From NCBI GenBank assembly GCA_038886995.1, contig JAWALG010000030.1, positions 1-11,291 on the forward strand: DNA of 11,291 bases. The letters are read 5' to 3'. The notes beneath the pieces were generated by a model that did no database searches, was not told the origin of the DNA, and saw nothing but the letters and a program-made list of their open reading frames with translations. The DNA is from Candidatus Iainarchaeum sp. Its GTDB lineage: Archaea; Iainarchaeota; Iainarchaeia; Iainarchaeales; DTGL01. This document shows positions 1-6,801 of this stretch, piece after piece (the first letter of the stretch is position 1; each line of letters starts with the position of its first letter). The position numbers were made by a program, and so were the translations under genes.

Positions 1-349
1 CACCTAAATCAAGCCCTGCAAGTGTCTCACCTTTCACACCAGTACAAGATCCTGACGCTCCGTGTGGATCACCATCATATGTTCCCGTCCAACCCGTAAT
101 ATTGCAAGTAGGATCTGCTTTGTTTATCACAATTTCAACAGATCCACTATCATCATTGTAGTTTCCTGTAACATCTGTGAAAGTCCAATTTGCTGTGCCT
201 CCTGGAACATTTGTGAATGTTGCACCTAAATCAAGCCCTGCAAGTGTCTCACCTTTCACACCAGTACAAGATCCTGACGCTCCGTGTGGATCACCATCAT
301 ATGTTCCCGTCCAACCCGTAATATTGCAAGTAGGATCTGCTTTGTTTAT
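1..349. repeat. Intragenic tandem repeat, period 222 bp (74 aa); one full unit 128-349 plus a partial unit 1-127
   Basis: Bases 1-127 are identical to 223-349 (cacctaaatcaagccc...ggatctgctttgtttat). The unit encodes INKADPTCNITGWTGTYDGDPHGASGSCTGVKGETLAGLDLGATFTNVPGGTANWTFTDVTGNYNDDSGSVEIV. Confidence 0.97.
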
Positions 350-1576
350 TGTTAACGTGTTTGTTTGTACTGGGCAATCGTTATAATTTGTACCGCCAGT
401 CCACTGGCACGAATACTCATAAGTGCCAGCATTTGTTATGCTGTCTGGGCTAGAAACATTTACTGAATTTCTTGTGAAAACCATTGTGCCATCGTCACTT
501 CCCGCAGAGACGCTGCAGGTTGTTTCTGATGCTTCACCATCATATGTTCTTGTCCACCCTTTGTTTGTTGCTAATGTGCAGGTTCTATCCGCCTTTTGTG
601 CACTCACATTTTCAGTTACTTCGGGTGCAGGATTGTAATTTTCATTGCCTGCTTGGTTGTAATGCACAGTGCAGGTTCCAATGCCGCTTGTCATTGTTAT
701 TACTGCTGATCCAGAACCAGAGCCAGTGCAAGAACCACTTGTTGTTATCGCAACAGGCAATCCAGAACTTGCGGTTGCAGCAACATTAAAACTTGTGTTA
801 TAAACTGCGCTTGAAGGCGCATGTGTTGTAACTGTTATTGTTTGATCCTGTTTTGGGGCCAAAGCAACATTAAGAGTACCGTTTCCTTCAGCATAGTCAG
901 AAGCACTAGTGGCTGCTTTTACAGTAAAGCTATAACTTCCAGGTGGTGTGCTTGTGCTTGTCGTTATTGTAAGAGTTGCTGTCTTTGAATCGTCTTTGGG
1001 TCCGAGCTCAACCGGGTTCGGATTGAATGAGTAGCTTACACCTGTTGGAAGCGTTGTTGTTATTGATAAATTGGCAGTGAAGGTGCCAGAAGATCCAGAG
1101 CCGCTTCCTCTATTCACAGTTATAGTATAAGTTGCGCTATTACCTTGAATTACAGGGTTTGGGTTTTGGATTCCAACAACAACAGAGCCAACTTTTGGCG
1201 CATCTGTAAACCTTGTTGTTGCTAAAATATTTGATGTTGCAACATCTATTACTTCAACAGTGTATTCACCTAAAACTCCATTCAAGACATAATTAAATTC
1301 AAATGTGCCTTCTTCTGAGGCCTTAGCATAATCATAGCTTGTGGGCCAAGGCCTGAAACTTCCGTCGCCTGTGACAACTGAGCCATCAGGCCTTATCACC
1401 TTTACTAAAAGTTCAGCATTTGGCTCAAAGCCAGAACCTGAAATGATAACTGTTTCGCCAGGAGAATAGTCATCCTTATCAGTCCAAACAACAGCTCCAG
1501 AAAAAGCAAACAAGCCAAAAACCAAAAAAACCAATAAATTAAGGCATATAAACCTCTTTATTTTAAATTCAGACAT
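1..1576 (-). CDS. Large secreted adhesin-like surface protein with Ig-like and YDG/MBG-type repeats (3'-truncated by window, >=525 aa)
   Basis: Manually translated; absent from the ORF track because there is no stop in the window. ATG at 1576, SD AGGGGG at 1590-1585. Signal peptide MSEFKIKRFICLNLLVFLVFGLFAFSGA. Then an MG2-like motif TDKDDYSPGETVIISGSGF, a Thr/Ser-rich Ig-like domain (LPTGVSYSFNPNPV...TPPGSYSFTVKA), a QTITV...ASSGLPV...GTCTVHYNQAGNENYNPA module, and TYDG-containing modules ending in G-x(1-3)-NYN. Confidence 0.9.
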   Translation of the reverse strand, partial: MSEFKIKRFICLNLLVFLVFGLFAFSGAVVWTDKDDYSPGETVIISGSGFEPNAELLVKVIRPDGSVVTGDGSFRPWPTSYDYAKASEEGTFEFNYVLNGVLGEYTVEVIDVATSNILATTRFTDAPKVGSVVVGIQNPNPVIQGNSATYTITVNRGSGSGSSGTFTANLSITTTLPTGVSYSFNPNPVELGPKDDSKTATLTITTSTSTPPGSYSFTVKAATSASDYAEGNGTLNVALAPKQDQTITVTTHAPSSAVYNTSFNVAATASSGLPVAITTSGSCTGSGSGSAVITMTSGIGTCTVHYNQAGNENYNPAPEVTENVSAQKADRTCTLATNKGWTRTYDGEASETTCSVSAGSDDGTMVFTRNSVNVSSPDSITNAGTYEYSCQWTGGTNYNDCPVQTNTLTINKADPTCNITGWTGTYDGDPHGASGSCTGVKGETLAGLDLGATFTNVPGGTANWTFTDVTGNYNDDSGSVEIVINKADPTCNITGWTGTYDGDPHGASGSCTGVKGETLAGLDLG

Positions 1577-1584
1577 ATCCCAAA

Positions 1585-1648
1585 CCCCCTTTTTTTAACG
1601 AAGTGTAGTTAAAAGCGTAATTAATTTTCTTCTAAATAATATTTATAA
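1585..1648 (-). promoter_or_regulatory. Putative promoter/leader of the adhesin gene (TATA-like box, inverted repeat, SD)
   Basis: Minus-strand TTATAAATA at 1648-1640, inverted repeat TTTTAAC-N8-GTTAAAA at 1593-1614, and AGGGGG 8 nt upstream of the ATG. Confidence 0.45.
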
Positions 1649-1729
1649 TACTATGTATGGGTGTAGAATGCAGATTCCCATTTCCTTTAAACTTTTTGTT
1701 GCTTTTCCCTAGCTCACCAAAAAGAGCAT

Positions 1730-3742
1730 TTACTTTATGTGTTCCCTTTTCTTCTTTATTATGTATAAGCCAATCCCCAAGATCACAACAAATGCCAAAA
1801 TTCCACCAATCAGGAACACAGGTATGCCGAAAACACTCATTGGCTTCTCTTCAGCTGCGCCTTCTTCAGTGCCTCCTTGCGTAGGTGTTTCTTTGCCCGC
1901 TCCACTACCACCTGGTGTTTTTCCAGGTGTTTGTTTAGGCGTAGAAGTTATTGCCCCTGATCCAGTTGTACCTGTAACTGAAAAGCTAACCTTGCTCTCC
2001 AAATCGCCGGAGAAAAACACTGCCTCATAATTTCCAGCAGGCAAGTTCTGCTTGAAAGCAGTGCTTCCTATAAAGGCAAAAGGCCCTATGCTGAAGCCCT
2101 CACCCCTAACAAAGTACTGCACTGGAACTTCTTGCCTTGTTGCGGAAATGCTGTCAGCATAAACCACAAAGTAGATTGGTTCTCCACGCGCGAACTCATT
2201 CTTTTCAACAGTAAGCTTTTCGTCACCATAAACCTTTGTAATTAGCCCAGCAATTTCCTGGACAAAAATCTTCTTTTCGACTTTAAGATTTCGCGCTTCG
2301 CAAATAACTTTATACTCGCCTGCTTGCAGCGTCTGATTAAAAACATATGAATTGTTTTTCAAGTCAAAAGGCCCAAAGCTTGCTGTAGATGATTCCAAAA
2401 ATATTTTTCCCTCAGTATTAACTGCACTGCCTTTTTCGTCAATCGCACTAACTTTTATGTAAATCGGTGAACCTTTCACAAAAGAACTTGACTCTTTGCT
2501 AAACATTGCATCACTGTAAGTTTTAAGATCAAGCTCTGAAAGCGCAGGAGAAAACCTATCGTAGATATAGGCCTGTTCGTATGAGTCAAGTATCATTGCC
2601 GCGTTGTCGTGATTTGTGGATATAGCGCCAAGTACAAAATCAGAAAGATCTTCTGTGATATCAAAGGAAAAGTTCTCAGTCCTTATCGGCACTTGCTGCG
2701 TAAGGTCAATTGTTTTCTTCGCACTGTAAAGCTTCTTGCCTGCTTTCATAAGATAAACTTCAATATCTACTTTACCTTCAGTCCTAGCGTCAGAAGATGA
2801 TAAAAACTTCACAGTGATGTTTGCCTTATCGCCTTTCTTATAATAAATTTTGTCAGCATATGCAAACACAAACCTCGAGCTTAGGCCAGAGACATTAACG
2901 CGGTGCCTAAATGTTGAAAGCAAAGTGCCTTTTGAATCAACAACATCAAGCCTTATTGGATAAGCACCTGGCTTTGAAGGAGTAATAACCTTTACATCTT
3001 TTTTCCAGGAGGAATTTGCGTTTATTCTTTCAATAGGTACTGTGAATTCTTTCACAGTCGCTTCTTGCAGTGAATCATCATAGTGGTAAAATACAACACG
3101 CAACTTTAGGTTTTCTTCTGTAACAGCAGACTTATTCTTTACAACTGTTGTTATGGTGATCTCTTTGTCTGGCTCAACAATTACCCCAACAGGCCCAGAA
3201 TAGCAGTCCAACTTAAACTGCAGTTCAGAAAGAGGGCCGCATATCACAGTGCTATTTCTATCTATCCTTACATTTCTCTCTTGTTCAGGGTTGGTTACCT
3301 TAAGATAAACAGAGTACGGATAAACAAAAATATGCGGAACACCAACAACATAGCTGCGCGGATTTTTAAAGTATGAGTCAATCCTATAATTTCCCGAAGG
3401 CGCATGCTCAGGAATTTTCAATTCAACATTCGCTGTCTTAGATTCTCTACCTCGGAGGTAGTACCTCTCAGAGACCTTCTCGGCAATTATATTTTCCCTA
3501 TGGAAAAAGAATTCGTTTGTGTCGGCAACATGGACAAGCTGAAAAACAAGGTAAGCGTCAGGCAAAGGCATTTCTGAAAGGTTATCCATCTTAACAGAAA
3601 GGTTAATGGTTTCCCCAGCGTTAGCAATTGTCTTGTCTGGTTTCACCAAAATTTGCCCATTCCAGAAAAACTCAGCTTCCCAGGCCGCAAACGAAAAGCA
3701 AGAAAAAAGCAAAAGGAAAGTTAAAGAAATTATGTGTTTCAT
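1730..3742 (-). CDS. Type I membrane-anchored surface protein with multiple Ig/macroglobulin-like domains (670 aa)
   Basis: N-terminal signal peptide (MKHIISLTFLLLFSCFSFA). Ig/MG-like motifs DKTIANAGETINLSV, IPEHAPSGNY, TPSKPGAY, DKIYYKKGDKANITV. G/T/P-rich linker at aa ~590-632, then a C-terminal TM helix followed by KKKREHIK. SD AGGTGA at 3752-3747; ATGA overlap with the upstream gene. Confidence 0.88.
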   Translation of the reverse strand: MKHIISLTFLLLFSCFSFAAWEAEFFWNGQILVKPDKTIANAGETINLSVKMDNLSEMPLPDAYLVFQLVHVADTNEFFFHRENIIAEKVSERYYLRGRESKTANVELKIPEHAPSGNYRIDSYFKNPRSYVVGVPHIFVYPYSVYLKVTNPEQERNVRIDRNSTVICGPLSELQFKLDCYSGPVGVIVEPDKEITITTVVKNKSAVTEENLKLRVVFYHYDDSLQEATVKEFTVPIERINANSSWKKDVKVITPSKPGAYPIRLDVVDSKGTLLSTFRHRVNVSGLSSRFVFAYADKIYYKKGDKANITVKFLSSSDARTEGKVDIEVYLMKAGKKLYSAKKTIDLTQQVPIRTENFSFDITEDLSDFVLGAISTNHDNAAMILDSYEQAYIYDRFSPALSELDLKTYSDAMFSKESSSFVKGSPIYIKVSAIDEKGSAVNTEGKIFLESSTASFGPFDLKNNSYVFNQTLQAGEYKVICEARNLKVEKKIFVQEIAGLITKVYGDEKLTVEKNEFARGEPIYFVVYADSISATRQEVPVQYFVRGEGFSIGPFAFIGSTAFKQNLPAGNYEAVFFSGDLESKVSFSVTGTTGSGAITSTPKQTPGKTPGGSGAGKETPTQGGTEEGAAEEKPMSVFGIPVFLIGGILAFVVILGIGLYIIKKKREHIK

Positions 3743-5394
3743 TTTCTCACCTTCTTTCCAGATGCAATAAAAAGCGCAGCAATCGCACAGCCAATCAGAA
3801 GCAAAATATGGCTTTCATCAGCATAGACCTCGCGAGAAGGTCGCATTACTGAGAAATATTTTTCGCTTCTGCAGTCAAGGCAAAAAGCAATCTCTGAAGT
3901 TGCTTCAACTTTGTATACTCCCTCTGCAAGCTCAGGCCCAAATTCAATATAGCCAGAGTTGCATGTGTACGCCTGCTCTGCCAAGAGTTCATTCTCGCCA
4001 CGGTAAACTTTAAGCTTTATAGGCATGTCTGCAGAGCATTCCACTAAGGCCTTTGTTTTCTCACCCGTTTTTAGGTTTTCAGCAACTAGTTTCGTTATTT
4101 TTTCAGGGTAATATGCAACTATTTTTGTCTGCTTTCTGCATTCTGTTTGTGTGCTAAGGGTGCTTGCAATTACTTCAATCTCGCCAAGGACACCAGCAGG
4201 CAGCGTTATGTTTTTTTCGTAAAAGCCATTGCTTGCAATGTCCGCATCTGCTGTAACAATAGTGTTACCATCTTTTTTCAGCTCAATTCTAACCTTTTCG
4301 CCTGGCTTTGCACAGCAAGTGCTGTAGCCAGAAACCTTAAAAGATCCGCCACTTGCTATGGTTGCGCTTGATGTGCCCAAACTGAAATCAAAGTTCCTTA
4401 TCTGGAAAGACACGCTCTTTTTGCAGCCAGTTCCTTGTGAACTTAGTGGCGCTTTAGCTTCTGCTGTATAATTCCCAAATGCAAGGCCTGATAAAGAAGT
4501 TGTAGCGCTATAGCTCCAGTTTGCATCAATTGTTGCTTCAAAACTCTTTACAACATTGTTGCTAGAGTTCTTTATCTCTATTGTAACTTTATTTCCAACA
4601 TCGCCACAGCAAACTGATTTTCCTGAAGCTGTAAGCGACTCACCAACACAATATTGTGGCTTATCAATTGAGAAGCTGAACTCGGGATCAAGCAATTTTA
4701 TTGTCTGCCAGCCGCCTTGTATTATTCCAAAAGGAAGGTGTGCATCTGTAATGGAGTAATCATATTTTGTCTGCATTGCAGCAAAGACATCAATTGTCTT
4801 TTGATCTAATGGAACAGAAGGAATAATTACAGTTGCGTTAGCGCCCTGTTCAAAAAGGGTATTGCACTGCTTTGAGTTAAAGCCACCTTTGCAATTGTGC
4901 CCTAATACAGTTACTTTAGTTCCATCGCGCACACCAACAAAGAAAGTTGGATATCCGGTCCTTACTGAACCATCAATGCAAACTATAGAAAACTGCTTTG
5001 GCAAAGTAACCTCTATTGCTGATCCACGACATGTTTCTGTGCTGCTGTAAACTGCATCAGCCACAGCTGTTTGAAAATGCCATGGATGAGACCGTCCATA
5101 TGGAATTTCAGAGTCACAGGTAAAAACCCTGCTTATACCTGTGTTAAGCAAAGTCCTCTCGTTTGCAAAGTAAAGCTCAGTGCCTTTGCAAACAAGCTTT
5201 CCGCACTTTTCTATGTATTCAAGGTTTGTATCGTGAAGCATAACACAATCAATGTCTACCATCCCAAGGTTTGGAACTATTTGGCCTGCATAAAGGCAAT
5301 CAGCAAAGACGCTCACCGGAGCTATCAAAATAAAAAAAGCCAAGGGTATCAAAAATGATCTTTTAAAAAGGCTGGGCTTCAAAAATATCACCAC
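3739..5394 (-). CDS. Cys-rich exported surface protein with Ig-like repeats and C-terminal membrane anchor (551 aa; TTG start at 5382 also plausible)
   Basis: Signal peptide ending ...APVSVFA; 21 Cys; MG-like DKPQYCVGESLTASG; C-terminal hydrophobic segment plus KKVRK. GGTGAT at 5392-5387 lies 4 nt upstream of an in-frame TTG at 5382, which suggests that start. Confidence 0.85.
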   Translation of the reverse strand: MVIFLKPSLFKRSFLIPLAFFILIAPVSVFADCLYAGQIVPNLGMVDIDCVMLHDTNLEYIEKCGKLVCKGTELYFANERTLLNTGISRVFTCDSEIPYGRSHPWHFQTAVADAVYSSTETCRGSAIEVTLPKQFSIVCIDGSVRTGYPTFFVGVRDGTKVTVLGHNCKGGFNSKQCNTLFEQGANATVIIPSVPLDQKTIDVFAAMQTKYDYSITDAHLPFGIIQGGWQTIKLLDPEFSFSIDKPQYCVGESLTASGKSVCCGDVGNKVTIEIKNSSNNVVKSFEATIDANWSYSATTSLSGLAFGNYTAEAKAPLSSQGTGCKKSVSFQIRNFDFSLGTSSATIASGGSFKVSGYSTCCAKPGEKVRIELKKDGNTIVTADADIASNGFYEKNITLPAGVLGEIEVIASTLSTQTECRKQTKIVAYYPEKITKLVAENLKTGEKTKALVECSADMPIKLKVYRGENELLAEQAYTCNSGYIEFGPELAEGVYKVEATSEIAFCLDCRSEKYFSVMRPSREVYADESHILLLIGCAIAALFIASGKKVRK

Positions 5395-5442
5395 TTAAAG
5401 TATGATTAAACTGCTATTTATTTTTTTGCATATAAAATCAGT

Positions 5443-6090
5443 TTATTTTGCAGCCTTCCTTATACGAGAAATAGCTTCCTTCCTATCTTTTTGTGCAAAG
5501 ACAGCCGAACCAGCAACAAGTATGTTTGCGCCAGCTTTTACTGCAAGAGGCGCTGTTTGTTCATTTACGCCGCCATCAACTCCGATATCTATTTCATGTG
5601 CTTTTTTTCTTATGGCCTCAATTTTAGGCAGCATTTCCATAATGAATTTTTGTCCGCCAAAGCCAGGTTCAACAGTCATCACAAGCACAAAATCAAGCTT
5701 TTTCAGATAAGGAAAAACAGCCTCAGCAGAAGTTTTCGGTTTTATTGCCACGCCTGCCTTAATCCCAAAACTATGAATCTTTTCTATGATCTCTTTGGCT
5801 TCCTTAGTTGCCTCCAAATGAAATGAAAGCATCTTTACTTGTGGATTACATTTAGCAAACGCTTCAATGTGCTTCTCAGGCCTCTCAATCATCAGATGAA
5901 CATCTAATGGCTTTGAGCATTTTATGTTTTTTATAACCTCATTTCCAAAAGTTATGTTCGGCACAAAGCAACCGTCCATGACATCGCAATGGATAAGGTC
6001 AGCATATTTCTCAACAGAGGCAATCTCATCGTTAAGCTTGCCAAAATCAGCGCTCAATATGCTTGGAGCAATTGATATTTTTTTGTTCAT
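5443..6090 (-). CDS. rpe: Ribulose-phosphate 3-epimerase
   Basis: Family motifs IAPSILSADF, HCDVMDGCFVPNITFG, LDVHLMI, VMTVEPGFGGQKF, VDGGVN, LVAGSAVF. Start reassigned to ATG 6090 (MNKKIS...), which removes the overlap with the upstream gene. Confidence 0.97.
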   Translation of the reverse strand: MNKKISIAPSILSADFGKLNDEIASVEKYADLIHCDVMDGCFVPNITFGNEVIKNIKCSKPLDVHLMIERPEKHIEAFAKCNPQVKMLSFHLEATKEAKEIIEKIHSFGIKAGVAIKPKTSAEAVFPYLKKLDFVLVMTVEPGFGGQKFIMEMLPKIEAIRKKAHEIDIGVDGGVNEQTAPLAVKAGANILVAGSAVFAQKDRKEAISRIRKAAK

Positions 6091-6103
6091 ACTCAAAAAC
6101 CCA

Positions 6104-6451
6104 TTACGAATAACCAAACTTCTTGTCGTATTTTTTGTGCTCTATGACATCAAGAATAAAAGCAATTATTTCTATCTGTGCTTCTCCTTCTGTTAAGGTG
6201 TACAGCATTCTCCAATGGTGTGGCAATTCCACCCTAAACAAGTTTGTGACCCCATATTTTTTCTTGTACTCTTCCGGAATGAGGTTTTTGGCAATTGGGT
6301 TTCCATAATGAAAATTCGCTTTTATCAATTCGATTTTTCTATTTAAAGCGTTGAAAATTGATCTTTCAACCTTAGAGTAAGGTGCTTTGGCATTAAGGTA
6401 TTTATAAACTTCTTCCGCTTCAGGTGAGAAAATTACCCTTACAATTTTCAT
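6104..6451 (-). CDS. RelE/ParE-superfamily toxin-like protein (115 aa)
   Basis: RelE-like layout: N-terminal VRVIFSPEAEEVYKYL, then K-I-x-x-I-K-x-N-x-x-x-G, LFRVELPHHWRMLYTL and FILDVIEHKKY. Translationally coupled (ATGA at 6451-6448) to a small upstream gene. Confidence 0.7.
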   Translation of the reverse strand: MKIVRVIFSPEAEEVYKYLNAKAPYSKVERSIFNALNRKIELIKANFHYGNPIAKNLIPEEYKKKYGVTNLFRVELPHHWRMLYTLTEGEAQIEIIAFILDVIEHKKYDKKFGYS

Positions 6452-6714
6452 AACTCAAGGCCTTCTGAAATAGCTTTTCTTAGCTTTGGGTTCTGGTTGT
6501 GGATCCATGTTATCCCCTTTATGCTTACTGCAATCTTGTTGCTCTCCTCTAAATACTCAAGAACGGTTTTCAGAGTATTGTGGTTTATTTTCTTGGGAAG
6601 CATCTTTTTTAACTCGGAAACTTTAATTGCGCTTTTTTCTGAGTTTTTCAGCGCATTTTCTACCATAAGCACAGTGTTTAGTGTTGGCGCGTGCTTTAAC
6701 CTTTGCTGTAACAT
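6448..6714 (-). CDS. Small winged helix-turn-helix protein, putative antitoxin/autoregulator (88 aa)
   Basis: ATG at 6714 with SD GGTGAT at 6724-6719. The pattern fits a wHTH fold: helix (PTLNTVLMVENALK), turn-helix (KVSELKKML), recognition helix (HNTLKTVLEYLEESNKI), beta-wing (AVSIKGITWI). Located upstream of and overlapping the RelE-like gene. Confidence 0.7.
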   Translation of the reverse strand: MLQQRLKHAPTLNTVLMVENALKNSEKSAIKVSELKKMLPKKINHNTLKTVLEYLEESNKIAVSIKGITWIHNQNPKLRKAISEGLEL

Positions 6715-6800
6715 AATAATCACCAATTGTTACTAATAAATAACAAATTGTTACGCATGTGTTAAATATAATATTTGCGGCATATGTTATATAAATGTTA
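6709..6800 (-). promoter_or_regulatory. Promoter/operator of the wHTH-RelE pair
   Basis: Minus-strand TTTATATAA at 6795-6787. TGTTA at 6728, 6749, 6760, 6785 and 6796; TAACA at 6709 and 6741; palindrome TAACA-N3-TGTTA at 6741-6753. Confidence 0.6.
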
Positions 6801-6801
6801 T

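Noticed and set aside
1..349. Direct repeat as a possible CRISPR array, IS end or diversity-generating retroelement TR/VR pair
   Set aside because: The period is a multiple of three and lies in frame within a coding sequence. The copies show no adenine-specific mismatches and no unique spacers, and no cas, transposase or reverse transcriptase gene is present.
177..789. Plus-strand ORFs 177-386, 423-638 and 484-789
   Set aside because: Antisense shadows of the long minus-strand adhesin ORF; no SD or recognisable motifs.
1657..1727. Weak hairpins (atggg...cccat; gctc-N8-gagc) as a terminator or ncRNA
   Set aside because: The stems are only 4-5 bp, with no convincing U-tract on the coding strand and no tRNA-like fold.
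1657..5358. Short plus-strand ORFs overlapping the 670-aa and 551-aa genes
   Set aside because: Antisense to well-formed genes, with implausible composition.
6091..6117. ORF-track start of rpe at 6117
   Set aside because: It overlaps the toxin gene, and family similarity begins at MNKKISIAPS (ATG 6090).
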